DNA from: Tetramitus jugosus
Taxonomy: Eukaryota; Protista; Heterolobosea
Assembly (NCBI GenBank): GCA_937625935.1
Contig: OW569366.1
Span: forward strand, 435,552-499,551
Direction of reading: 5' to 3'
Length of the DNA stretch: 64,000 nucleotides
The notes beneath the pieces were generated by a model. That model did no database searches. It was not told the origin of the DNA and was given only the letters and a program-made list of their open reading frames with translations. This document shows, piece by piece, positions 1 through 10,259 of the stretch. A program made the position numbers and the translations under genes. Each line of letters starts with the position of its first letter. Positions within the stretch are counted from its first letter, which is position 1.

Positions 1-1315
1 ATTGGGCAACATAGTTGGCAATTGCCAGTGAGCTTGTGAGACCAGGAGATTCGATGCCAATCAAGTTGATGAATCCAGGAAACCCATGACCGCTTTCTTC
101 TTGGATTATAAAGTCCCTGAAGTTTGTATCTCCATCAGGGTTCAGTTTAGGTCTCATACCAGAGTAATCGGGTTGTAAATCTGCCAATTGAACATTGCGA
201 AGATACTTGCTGACACTCGAATGAAAATTAGTAGCCTTTTTTGTATCCACTCTGTAGTCAAACACTTCTTCCCTTCGAAATAGTTCATCACTCTGATTGT
301 TGAGTTCCCAATCTGAGAATGCTGGTTTCTCAAACAAAGAGTCTGGTCCAAATTTGATCTTATTATTCATGTCGAGTGTTGCATGAACACCTAGTCCGAT
401 AAGACCTTTTTCTGGCACTGGGTATATTAATCGGTTTATCGAGCACTTGCCAGACGTAGATGGAGTGTACTTGAAATATTGACCCTTATAGTAGTACATG
501 CGATAGTTTTCAGGAAAACGACCACACGTTGATTGGTTCTTCCAAAGCATTCTTGCTACATGTTCACTGTATAAGCCAGCAGAATTGATAACTATCGGAG
601 TGTCAACTACCGAGCTGTCTGATAAATAGAGCCGATATCCACTCTCTATGCGCTCTATCTCTAGGACCTTGGTTCTTAGTTGTATCATTCCCCTAGAGCT
701 ATCCTTTTCAATATCAGCTCTCAGTGCATCCATCAATTCATGAGAATCGATAATTCCAGTGTTTGGAGAACACAGAGCAATGTTAGCTTTCAAAAACGGT
801 TCTTCCTTCTCCATTTGTTCCTTACTTACGAAATACAAGGAACTAGTCTTCTCACCCAACCGATCAACCTCCTTCTTTTTCATGTTCCACAAGTATTCTT
901 CATCGCTTAGCGAGTTGGGACTCTTTTCATTGACTGATGTGCTAGATCTATCCACACTATTGCCGATAATCCATTTGCCGATTCTCTTTGTTCGAATACC
1001 TCGTTCCGAACAATAACGATACAACAGCTCATTGCCAGTGAAGCACAGATTGGTCTTGAGGGAGTCCTTCGGGTAGTATATTCCAGCATGAATGACCTCA
1101 CTATTACGACTGGATGTTTCTTCGCCAATGAAGTGATTCTTTTCAAGGAGAAGCGTGTCAACTTCAAAATTTTTGACATTTCGGGATTTTGTAAAGGTAT
1201 CAAAGGAAAGTGGTTTTTGAGCAGAAAGGCGGGCAGCTATCGCTAAACCAACAACCCCACCTCCCACAACCACATGTCCGACAGAAATGTGATTGACTGG
1301 AGCCTTGATGATCAT
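1..1315 (-). CDS. L2HGDH: L-2-hydroxyglutarate dehydrogenase (FAD-dependent, DAO family); stop codon lies just outside the window
   Basis: Manual translation of the minus strand from ATG at 1315 is open to position 1: VVVGGGVVGLAIA (GxGxxG), ETSSRNSEVIHAGIYY, TGIIDSH, VINSAGLY, KGQYF, LIYPVP, GLGVHATLD, KFGPD, YSGMRPKL, LIGIESPGLTSSLAIA. Missing from the ORF track because it has no in-window stop. Confidence 0.95.
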   Translation of the reverse strand, partial: MIIKAPVNHISVGHVVVGGGVVGLAIAARLSAQKPLSFDTFTKSRNVKNFEVDTLLLEKNHFIGEETSSRNSEVIHAGIYYPKDSLKTNLCFTGNELLYRYCSERGIRTKRIGKWIIGNSVDRSSTSVNEKSPNSLSDEEYLWNMKKKEVDRLGEKTSSLYFVSKEQMEKEEPFLKANIALCSPNTGIIDSHELMDALRADIEKDSSRGMIQLRTKVLEIERIESGYRLYLSDSSVVDTPIVINSAGLYSEHVARMLWKNQSTCGRFPENYRMYYYKGQYFKYTPSTSGKCSINRLIYPVPEKGLIGLGVHATLDMNNKIKFGPDSLFEKPAFSDWELNNQSDELFRREEVFDYRVDTKKATNFHSSVSKYLRNVQLADLQPDYSGMRPKLNPDGDTNFRDFIIQEESGHGFPGFINLIGIESPGLTSSLAIANYVAQ

Positions 1316-1352
1316 GATGATAGTTTGTTGGTTTTTTTTCGTCGAAAGAGGT

Positions 1353-2498
1353 TTATTTGAGAGAATAAGCTGGTTGTTTCATATCATGAAACACCATAAT
1401 TTTGGTCAGGGCTTTCTTCATTCTGTTTTCAAGCTCCGAGTTTTCATAGGAGGCAATGGGAGATATCTTTGGGTCGACCATGTCTAAAATGTTGTTGTTG
1501 AGATCTGGTAACAAAGTCAACGTTGACGGAGTAAAACAATCCTTCAAGTACATGAAGAATCCACACACCATTTCGCTAAAGGAGATTTGAAACGCGGAAG
1601 TTCCTTCTTGAGCTTCTGATTTTTTCTTGAGTAGTCTGTTGAAGACGAGTCCTGTATGCTCTTTTGTGGGAATACAATAGTTAACTTCGATCATTTGGTC
1701 AGAAGAGTTGTTCACTCTTATGGTTGTACTTGATACATGAGAGTTGATCTCATCTATCAATCTTAAAACGGTGAGCTTACATGAATTGATATCCATTGTT
1801 AATGTGAAATTGTCTTTGAAAATCTCATGCAAAATGATCTCAAAGTACTCCATGAAGAAGAAGTAGCACCGAAAACCAATCTTGAATTGCATAAATGTTG
1901 GTTGCTCCACTGTGACGCCTTTCTTGCTTGTAACAGAGGATTGAAGCACAGTAGCATCGCAGTTGGCTTTACTAATGCTTTCGATCCATGTTTCAGTAAC
2001 AGAATCACTATCAAGTGTCTTGTTGCTCAATACAAGCGTCTTGAACACATGAACAATAATAGTTTGAGGAAAATCATGACACAATAGAGTAGTCAACTGA
2101 AAAAATTCTTCACAACTCATCTTTTGGTCATCTGAAATCTTGGTGTACATTTGGTCCATTAGCTCGATGAAGCTCAGGCGATTTCTGGGTGTCGACTGAA
2201 CATAACTGTAGGGCTTGTGAATGACATGAGTTCCATTACTGACACTCTTAAAGCTTAATGTTGAAACAACCATCAATTTCAAGTTCTTTCACAAGGTCAA
2301 ACAACAACAAGGATGTACTTACTAATTGTACACTGATTGGAGGGCATGTTCGGGACGAGACTCCAACAATTGACAAGAGAGATCTTGAAGATAGAATGAA
2401 ATGTTGAATCGATGAAGGTACTCTTCCGGAGATAGTTCAAGAAGTTGGTCATCATTCACACGTTCATGTGGCTGACGTTTCACTGTAAACTTGCTCAT
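1353..2498 (-). CDS. CSTPP1: CSTPP1/C11orf49-like centriolar-satellite tubulin polyglutamylase regulator; 2 exons (2498-2323, 2253-1353)
   Basis: Splicing a GTAAGT..AAG intron (2322-2254) gives EEYLHRFNISFYLQDLSCQLLE..YNYFKSVSNGTHVIHKPYSYVQSTPRNRLSF..FFQLTTLLCHDFP. This matches the C11orf49 pattern YFNSVCQGTHILFREFSFVQATPHNRVSF..LLCPDFP as I recall it. Confidence 0.8.
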
Positions 2499-2837
2499 TT
2501 TTAGCGCACTATATTTATGCGAATCTCCGAGGAAGAAAACTACTTCAAATAGTGTTGCGGCCAATGTCGCTTTCTTGGTCAGGTCGACAACCGAAACAGA
2601 AGCAATCGCGTGTTGGTTGCCTTCCAAGTTCCTTGCCTGAGTAAAAATAATTCGCAGGATATGCGAATCGGAAAACGTGTACGCCTATAAATTCTCGAGG
2701 ACAATCCCCTGCTTTGTGAAAACTTTAACCAAGCAAGACCCCAGGTCAATAACCCCCTATCTGTTCTAAGTACCATACTACCATTATTATTGTTACTCCA
2801 AAGGTAAAATAATAAGAAAGAGAGCGAACTACTGTTG

Positions 2838-5800
2838 ATGAATACAACCTTTAATCAAGAATGCACGAAAGACAACCAACCTGAAACTAACGGAAGAGGT
2901 GGTGCAGTGTTGGAAGCGGATCACATCGTCATGACAATCAATGACTTTGATCCAACAACCACAACCAACACTACTACTACTATTCTCTCTGAGAAAGAAC
3001 AAGAAAAACAACAACCTCAACAACAGCAGCTGCAGAGACATGCCTCTCAGCCTCACATGAGCGCTGCAAGCACTGCTAGTGCATCGACTTCCCCAACCGA
3101 TCACCACAAGGCAGATGATTTGAATTTTAGTGCTTCTGTTGATGATCAACAGAGCATCAAAGACGGAGAGTGGCACTATGCTACAATGGAGCAAGTAAGC
3201 CAACACTTGTCAAGTGATATCAAGATGGGTCTCACTGCGGAGCAAGTCACTAGAAGATTAGCTACCAATGGCAAGAATGTGATTGATTCTGGTCGATCAT
3301 GGATTCCACTGTGGGTTAGACTATTGTGGAGTCACACTGTCAATATTATGAACGGCGTGTTGTTGATTGCAGCCATTTTGAGTGGTGTGGTCAAGGATTG
3401 GGCCGATATGGGTGTCATTATCTTTGTGATTGTAGGCAATATTGCGATTGGTTTCTTCCAAGAGTTCAAATCCGAGACAACCATGAACAAACTGAAGAAA
3501 TTGACTTCTCCAGTTTGTCGTGTACTGAGAGATGGAAAGAAGATTCAAGTGCCGTCCAGTGATATCGTCACTGGAGACGTTGTTCTTCTCAAGGAAGGAG
3601 ATCAAATCCCTGCTGATTTAAGATTGTTTCATTCAGTTAATCTCGAATGTAATGAGATTTTGTTGACTGGTGAACCAATTCCCATCAGTAAGTCGATCAA
3701 TTCCCTTCCAAGAAAGATTAAGAAGAGAGTGTCCATGATGTCTCTTCATCAACCAACCAGTGATGCATCCGCCACTGGAAACGCTGATCAACCGCAGATT
3801 TATCCAGCTGATTTGTCAAAGAAAACTGTGCCCGTTGGTGATCGAGTCAACTGCGCTTTCATGAGCACAACCGTCACTAAAGGCAAGGGCTCTGGTATCG
3901 TTGTTGAGACAGGTACAAACACTGAGATTGGTAAGATTGCAAAGAGTTTGAGCAAGACCAAGGAGAAGGCTACTCCGTTGCAGAGAAGAATGTCCTTGAT
4001 GGGTATTGTCCTCATGATTGTTGCTGTCCTTTCCCTTGTTATTGTTATTGTCGCTATCTACTTGCACAAGGGAAGGAAGGCTCTATTCCCTGATGCGTTA
4101 ATCACTGGTGTCTGCATTGCTGTTGCTATCATTCCCGAGTCATTGGTTGCTGTGGTAACACTTGCAATGAGTATCGGTGTGAGATCCATGGTCAAACAGA
4201 ATGCTATTGTGAGAAAATTGGCTGCATTGGAAACCTTGGGAGGTATCACTGATATTTGCAGTGATAAGACTGGTACATTGACTGAAGGTAAGATGACAGC
4301 TACAACCTTGTGGCTATCTGATAATCAATCCTATCATGTTCAGACCAAGAGAGAACCTACATTGATCGAGGGTAGAATTGTTAAATTAACTGCTACCAAC
4401 ACGACTGGTGTGGTTGACAATGCCAAAGCTGTTGCATCCCAGGAGGGTACTGAGAATGATGTCAATCGTGAAAACATGCCTCAAAATCTTAGAATGTTGC
4501 TCACTATTGCATCTCTCTGTAACTCATCCAGTATTTCCATCAAGGAGCCAGCTGAAGAAGATTTGAAGGAACAAAAGAAGAAAAAGAAGAAGAATGAGAA
4601 CTCTGACAACGTCAAGGATGGAGAACTCGCCTACGTTGGAGATCCAACTGAAATTGCATTGAACATTCTCTCTGTGATCTCAAACATGTCCAAGAAAGAA
4701 TTGGAAGGCAATGTCTATGGATCTCTTGTCCAAGAATTTCCATTCGATTCCACTATCAAGAGAATGAGTGTCAAGTATGCCACCATGGACAGAAGAGAGA
4801 CCCACATTTTCACAAAGGGTGCACCTGATGGAGTTTTACCACTCTGTTCCAATATTCTCAAGGTTAACTCTGATGGCAAATGGGAATCTGTTCCATTGAT
4901 CAACCAGGACGAAATGGACATTAGAGACATGAATGAAAGTATTGGTAAGAGAGGTTTGAGAGTTCTAGCTATTGCCTATCGTGCTGTTGTGAATGAGCAT
5001 GACAATGTCATTTCATTGACAGCAGAAGAGAAGAGAGAGGACATTGAAAAGGATTTGACCTTTGTTGGATTGATCGGTATTGAAGATCCATATCGTCAAG
5101 AAGTTCCAAACTCTATCAAGATTTGTGATGAAGCAGGCATTGTTGTTCACATGTTGACAGGTGATCACTATGTTACTGCGAGAGCCATTGCTCAACAAGT
5201 TGGTATTTTGAAGCCTGAGAACTCGGATGTTCACAATGTGATGAAAGCAGCAGACTTTGATACTATGTCTGATCGAGAATTGGCCAAAATGAAACAGTTG
5301 CCGTTGGTTATTGCTAGATGCAGTCCCCAGAGCAAGGTGAAGATGATTAATGCCCTCCATGCAAGAAAGCGATTAGTTGCAATGACTGGTGATGGCGTGA
5401 ACGATGCACCTTCCATCAAAATCTCAGATATTGGTATTGCTATGGGTAAGGGTGGTTCTGATGTGACAAAGGAAGCTGCGGACATCATATTGACAGATGA
5501 TAACTTTAACACTATCGTTGTTGCTGTGAAGGAAGGTAGAAGAATCTTTGCCAACATTAGAAAGTTTGTGGTTCATTTGCTCTCTGCAAACGTTGCTCAG
5601 TTCTTTGCCTTGTTGATTCCAGTTGTTGCTGGTTATGAAATGCCATTGAATCCAACTCAAATTCTCTATGTGAACATGATTACTGGTACTCCTTGTGCTG
5701 TTGCTCTCAGTGTTGAGAAACCATCAAAGAAGATTATGAAGAAGAGTACAAAGCAAAATCTGTTCAACTGGGAAACTATGAGTGATCTGATGTTCTATGG

Positions 5801-6293
5801 ACTGTCCATGGCATTGATCATTTTGTTGAGTTACTTTGTGATGACTGATTTGTGGTTGAAGAGAAACTTGAAGTCAGCCCAGGCGGTCTCCTTTACTTCC
5901 ATCACCTTCATGCTCATGTTCCATTCCTACAATTGCCGTCATGCCAGAAGATCACTCTTCTTGGACCAAGTCTGGAGAAGTTATTTGTTGCACATCTCCG
6001 TTCTTGGCAGTATTGCTCTCCAATGTATTACACTTTATGTTCCTTGGGTGAACACTACAGTGTTTAACCATAGACCTCTAAAGGGTGATGAATGGGCCAT
6101 TGTTATCATTGGTCTTGTTGTCTTCATGGTGATGGCCGAGCTTTACAAACTCATCAAGAGAGGTTGTGTCAAGGCTATCAAGACTTGCTGGAGAAGCTTG
6201 AGAAAGCAGTCTGGAGTTGAGCACAGTATCGAACTGGAGGGTATCATCATTCATGATCAAGCAATTGAGAGTGACAACGACAGCACACAATAA
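2838..6293 (+). CDS. P-type ATPase, probably type IID (ENA-like Na+/K+ efflux)
   Basis: CSDKTGTLT phosphorylation site, LLTGEP actuator, IIPESLVAV in M4 (typical of IID), KGAPD, MLTGDH, MTGDGVNDAP and C-terminal TM helices. Intronless, about 1151 aa. Confidence 0.9.
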   Translation: MNTTFNQECTKDNQPETNGRGGAVLEADHIVMTINDFDPTTTTNTTTTILSEKEQEKQQPQQQQLQRHASQPHMSAASTASASTSPTDHHKADDLNFSASVDDQQSIKDGEWHYATMEQVSQHLSSDIKMGLTAEQVTRRLATNGKNVIDSGRSWIPLWVRLLWSHTVNIMNGVLLIAAILSGVVKDWADMGVIIFVIVGNIAIGFFQEFKSETTMNKLKKLTSPVCRVLRDGKKIQVPSSDIVTGDVVLLKEGDQIPADLRLFHSVNLECNEILLTGEPIPISKSINSLPRKIKKRVSMMSLHQPTSDASATGNADQPQIYPADLSKKTVPVGDRVNCAFMSTTVTKGKGSGIVVETGTNTEIGKIAKSLSKTKEKATPLQRRMSLMGIVLMIVAVLSLVIVIVAIYLHKGRKALFPDALITGVCIAVAIIPESLVAVVTLAMSIGVRSMVKQNAIVRKLAALETLGGITDICSDKTGTLTEGKMTATTLWLSDNQSYHVQTKREPTLIEGRIVKLTATNTTGVVDNAKAVASQEGTENDVNRENMPQNLRMLLTIASLCNSSSISIKEPAEEDLKEQKKKKKKNENSDNVKDGELAYVGDPTEIALNILSVISNMSKKELEGNVYGSLVQEFPFDSTIKRMSVKYATMDRRETHIFTKGAPDGVLPLCSNILKVNSDGKWESVPLINQDEMDIRDMNESIGKRGLRVLAIAYRAVVNEHDNVISLTAEEKREDIEKDLTFVGLIGIEDPYRQEVPNSIKICDEAGIVVHMLTGDHYVTARAIAQQVGILKPENSDVHNVMKAADFDTMSDRELAKMKQLPLVIARCSPQSKVKMINALHARKRLVAMTGDGVNDAPSIKISDIGIAMGKGGSDVTKEAADIILTDDNFNTIVVAVKEGRRIFANIRKFVVHLLSANVAQFFALLIPVVAGYEMPLNPTQILYVNMITGTPCAVALSVEKPSKKIMKKSTKQNLFNWETMSDLMFYGLSMALIILLSYFVMTDLWLKRNLKSAQAVSFTSITFMLMFHSYNCRHARRSLFLDQVWRSYLLHISVLGSIALQCITLYVPWVNTTVFNHRPLKGDEWAIVIIGLVVFMVMAELYKLIKRGCVKAIKTCWRSLRKQSGVEHSIELEGIIIHDQAIESDNDSTQ

Positions 6294-6354
6294 TAACTTG
6301 GGAATATTAATTTGATTTAGATAATAAATAAAAATTGTACAGCATCATCTACTT

Positions 6355-7584
6355 CTAAATGAACACTACAATGACGCACAGCAATAGCGATGCAGCAACA
6401 GATATCCATGCCGCTCTTCTCGTTTTCCGTATCGATATCTTGGAGGATGATGCGGAGACATACGAGTACAGCACACCACCCATCAAGCCAATCGCAACAC
6501 TTGCCCAACCGAACCGTGATGGATACTGCGAGAACAGAAACATACCAAACACAGCCAAAGGTATCTTGTTTAACGAACCGACCATGGAATACGTTGTGCA
6601 CGAATTGTTCTTGATACAGAACGTGACAACAAATGGCATAAACCCACCGAGTAGTAACAGCGATAGCAATGACAAGCATCCAGTCCATGAATGAAACAGT
6701 GGTGCGGATCGTTCATTGTACCATCGCTCCACCCTGTATTCACCATTGATGATAATCACAACCAACAAAATGGGAATAGAAACCAGACTAGAGTACAATG
6801 AGGGACCCACCTTACCCAAGTGCTCCAACCTCCGATCTTGCAACAAATACTTGTTGTACAGCAGATACAAGCTCGAAAATACAATGTTAATCATTGTAAA
6901 CAATAGACCCATGGGTGTAAACACAAAATTCTCAATCGCAGCCAACAAACTACCAATAGTCATGATCAAAAAACTCGTGTAAACCTCTACAGAGTAGTGA
7001 GCTTGTTGAGTCCACGACAATGACAATGAGTCATTGCCTCCTCCTGATGATGAGAGAGCTAAAAGTCTTGGCAAGACAAAGCTCTCTCCCAAGCAAGTGA
7101 GCACCGTGCTAAGATTTTTGAGAGAATTGAACAGAGGAACAGACACTTTACTGAACGCGAACAGAGAAGACTGTAGCATGACCACATTGGCCAGCGCGAG
7201 CGGCAAAAATCTTTTTGCGACGCGCCAATTCAATGGAGGGAAAAAACCACTGGCACTACAGTACTTGAAAGCGATGGTACAGAGGATACCTGTGCTCAGT
7301 TGCAAAAACAAAATCAAAGAAATGGCTTGATCCATACCATAGCTATAAACAATGGCCTTGTTCAATAGTGTGAGAGAAATGGAGCATGTGGAGTAAGCCA
7401 AGAGTGAAGAGAGTGAATAGAGTTGGGATCGATTGTTGTTGTTGGTATTGGTAGTGTAGGATAATGGCGCTCCATTGATCGTTGTGGTAGCAGATGTTGT
7501 GATTGATGGAATGAGTGATGACGTTCGAAGCAAGGGTATTGTGGAGCTGCTTGGAATGTGAATTACGGCATCCCTTGCCGCCAT
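6355..7584 (-). CDS. Golgi nucleotide-sugar transporter (GDP-mannose transporter/SLC35D-like)
   Basis: About 10 TM helices with YSTCSISLTLLNK, SVPLFNSLKNL and TTYSMVGSLNKIP (GXLNK motif of GDP-sugar transporters). The probable start is MAARD at 7584; the longer ORF-track N-terminus runs into the 5S gene. Confidence 0.88.
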   Translation of the reverse strand: MAARDAVIHIPSSSTIPLLRTSSLIPSITTSATTTINGAPLSYTTNTNNNNRSQLYSLSSLLAYSTCSISLTLLNKAIVYSYGMDQAISLILFLQLSTGILCTIAFKYCSASGFFPPLNWRVAKRFLPLALANVVMLQSSLFAFSKVSVPLFNSLKNLSTVLTCLGESFVLPRLLALSSSGGGNDSLSLSWTQQAHYSVEVYTSFLIMTIGSLLAAIENFVFTPMGLLFTMINIVFSSLYLLYNKYLLQDRRLEHLGKVGPSLYSSLVSIPILLVVIIINGEYRVERWYNERSAPLFHSWTGCLSLLSLLLLGGFMPFVVTFCIKNNSCTTYSMVGSLNKIPLAVFGMFLFSQYPSRFGWASVAIGLMGGVLYSYVSASSSKISIRKTRRAAWISVAASLLLCVIVVFI

Positions 7585-7652
7585 TTTTCTTCGCTTGTTT
7601 TTTGTTTCTGATGAATTTTCCGATTCTCGCGATTCTAGCATCCATTCAAAAA

Positions 7653-7677
7653 GAAATGCGCAGAAGTGGGTCCAATT
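7653..7677 (+). promoter_or_regulatory. Putative upstream element of the 5S gene (about -37 to -13)
   Basis: GAAATGCGCAGAAGTGGGTCCAATT matches GAAAAGCGCGTAAGTTGATCCAATT upstream of copy 2 at 20/25 positions with identical spacing, although the wider flanks are unrelated. Confidence 0.55.
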
Positions 7678-7689
7678 TGGGTTCCAGAT

Positions 7690-7809
7690 GTCTACGTTCA
7701 TACAATGGTGGAACCACCTCTTCCCATTTCGAATAGAGAAGTTAAGCACCATCTGGCTGAGTTAGTATTGAGATAGGAGACTACTCGAGAACCCTCAGTA
7801 ATGTAGGCT
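7690..7809 (+). rRNA. 5S: 5S rRNA gene, copy 1
   Basis: 120 nt, GTCTACGTTCATAC...GAAGTTAAGC...GTTAGTA...GGAGAC...GAA...TGTAGGC, followed by a TTTT Pol III terminator. Helix I (GUCUACGUU/AAUGUAGGC), helix II (AUGGUG/CACCAU), helix III (CUCU/AGAG) and helix IV/V (CUGAG/CUCAG) all pair. Confidence 0.95.
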
Positions 7810-7899
7810 TTTGAGTTTTGTGTTCGTTTTGTATGGACTATGATTCAAATTAGCTCTGACCTTTGTTGGGAGGCCTGGTCAAGTATTATTGAATTTTGT

Positions 7900-8390
7900 G
7901 ATACTCGAGCATGGCCTCAATTAAGTTGTAAAAGAAGGATAAATTCTTGCTTCTCTAGAGCTCCTCGTATCCTTGAATGTGATAGGATTCTACTCATACC
8001 CAACACATCACCTTTGGCTCTATGAGCATTCAGCAAACATAATCCTGATACACGAATCCTAATCCATGTTCCTGTAGATCAGGGATAACTTTTCCCTCAC
8101 AATCGAAAGTGAATCTGCAAACAACACAAATTGATTCTTAAATTAGAATAACGCTTGCAAGACTGATGAACAACATCACGCTCCACACAGCAATTGTGAG
8201 CGACATATATGATGACTCCATTCGGACACACTGAGAATTCCATAAAGCGACCAAACATATCTTCCTCATCGACAGTGCTATCACTCTTTTTTGCATCTAT
8301 TAACATCTTATTCGTAATCGCATTCGGCATATGTTTTTCGATCTGAGGTGATACACTCACTCGAGGATAAACATATTCGGCGCCTTGCAA
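7900..8390 (-). pseudogene. DEDDh (DnaQ/TREX-like) 3'-5' exonuclease remnant
   Basis: Across stops and frameshifts: EYVYP..NAITNKML..FGRFMEF..IYVAHN (ExoII)..IPDLQEHGLGFVYQ..NAHRAKGDVLGMSRIL (ExoIII HxAxxD). The ExoI motif is missing. Confidence 0.7.
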
Positions 8391-8411
8391 AAATTTTCTT
8401 TTTCCATTAGT

Positions 8412-10145
8412 TCAAATGCATAATGAGTGCAAGTCCACCGACCAGAGATTTTCTGATGTTCTCGGCAAAAGAAAACTCGTCATTGGAAGTTGAGCAGAGA
8501 AAGACATCATCAATAGATGTTTCGTGGTAACCTGGATAAAAGTGAGAACAAAATCAATTTGTGAACTACTTACTCCTAGTTTCACAATGAAGTCCAACAA
8601 TAGAGTATATGTTCCATAGAGACTGTATGGGTGTTGATCAGACAACTTCTCTTCCCATAATGGAGCTCTTTGTTGGATGTGATTTTCCTTTTCTTCTGTT
8701 TGATTTCGGAGAGAGTCTCTCCCAACGACCTCTTTATTCTCGGAGATGTTGCTACTTGGGTAGGACTTGTTCACTATTCACTAATGGTCCTGAAATAATG
8801 TGCCATGTATTATAAAATTCAAATGTTGTAATGGATGTATTGAAGGTTAGGTACCGAGAGTAATTATCCACGACATTGGAAGTTGCAGTTTAAATCCCAT
8901 TCTTTGTAAGCACCACTTCTATCTTTTTGAGAGTGGATCACCTTTATGAGGAATTTGATAACACTATTGACGACTTTTCCATGAGAAGTGATAACAGGAT
9001 ATGCATACAAAATGTAGGACACTCAGCACACCACTGAGCTGAATTAATCGAACTCTTTCACTTAAATTCTTAAATATTCCTAGGTATATACTAGCCTTCT
9101 CCTTTATTGTAGTCACTAGCCCACACCAGAGTAAGGAAACGTCTTCGAAGACCCTCATAGAATGAACTCCAAACGACAGCAGAGGACCCACTATATTGTT
9201 AATCATACTACTAGGTACAAATAACGTATGCCCAAGCCCCGCAGAAGACCCACCGCCGACCAGTTGAGTCGTTCTAACGCAGGAACTTGGTGTCGATTAT
9301 TTCTTAGTGTCTACTTCTGGCTCAGCAGACGAGTGTTCCCAATCGCACATTGTAGTGATTGATGGGCAATTGACCTTCAGAAAAGCCTGAATCGAATATC
9401 TTGTTTTCAGTATTGATTGACCTCAATGGATCCATATGGTCGGCAAGTTTTAGTAAGAGTTCGGTGTATATTCCTGTTGTGATTTGCCTGCTAAAGCTGC
9501 CCTCTTTTATCAACAACAACATGGTGGAAAAGGAGCTTGTAATTTCTGTATTAATCAAGGTTGCAAAATCAACACGATTTTGTCATCCCTGTCAACAACT
9601 TTCAAAATGAGAAGCTCAATAAGTGGTTTGAAATTTCTAGTGATAATGGAATCAATGTAAAGAGTCTTCTCTAAACCTCAATTACCTCTCAAGGGTCATA
9701 AGGATAGATATGTTAAATGCAAAATATTGAAATTTGATGAGAAGTTGCCAAAGTTCGAAAAATCGACTTGAGTCACTCAAGTCAACTGTCTTCAAGATCA
9801 TTCTCATTGACTTCGAGATAGCAGACAATTTAAACAAGGGCATTACTGTAACAATTGTTGTAAAAGAAATCATTTTGTGGTGCAATCCAGTCCGTCAATT
9901 TGTCGACTTAAAAATGCTTTCTATGACTTGGCCCAAACAAACAGAGTAAAACACTCAGTGAGGAACACGAACACCAACTCTGATGTTTATGATGGTACCG
10001 TTGCAATAGCAGCACCAATTACAAGGTTGTCTGGGGTTATTCTTTCATTCTAAACTATGAAACAAGTACAATTCCTATCCACCTGGTTTGCAATGAACTT
10101 CCTTTCGAAGAGCGGTTCAAGTGAAAATGTTATTTTCTGCGGTTC
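8412..10145. mobile_element. Fragmented CACTA/En-Spm (CMC superfamily)-like DNA transposase relics
   Basis: Plus strand 9380-9565: EKPESNILF..VRVRC..CDLPAKAAL..QHGGKGACNFCINQG (DxPAR..HxG..CxxC..G). Plus strand 9840-10143: HYCNNC..SDVYDG..ILSF*T..PIHLVCNELPFEERFK/ENVIFCG. Minus strand 8430-8665: LLDFIVKLGVSSSQIDFVL..LPMTSFLLPRT (N-terminal LPxxxLP motif). Many stops; no TIRs found. Confidence 0.75.
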
Positions 10146-10259
10146 GGACCTGATTTTTCTGGATTTCGGAAGTACGGTTCCTGGGTTTCATTCAAATGGG
10201 GGACCCCTATATCATGGTCGATCGTTGTTGTCAAAAAATCTCAAATTCCAAAATGTGAG

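Noticed and set aside
907-1203. ORF-track 98-aa and 65-aa minus-strand ORFs at the window start
   Set aside because: Out-of-frame shadows of the L2HGDH reading frame.
3661-3680. TGEP instead of TGES in the ENA-like ATPase
   Set aside because: The catalytic TGE is intact and the fourth position varies among P-type ATPases.
7585-7752. N-terminal extension of the nucleotide-sugar transporter ORF
   Set aside because: Begins at a non-ATG codon inside the antisense of the 5S gene; the likely start is at 7584.
8420-8470. IRKSLVGGL peptide resembling a Polinton pPolB motif
   Set aside because: Isolated short match in a stop-rich frame. The alternative frame fits a CACTA N-terminus better, and no other PolB motifs were seen.
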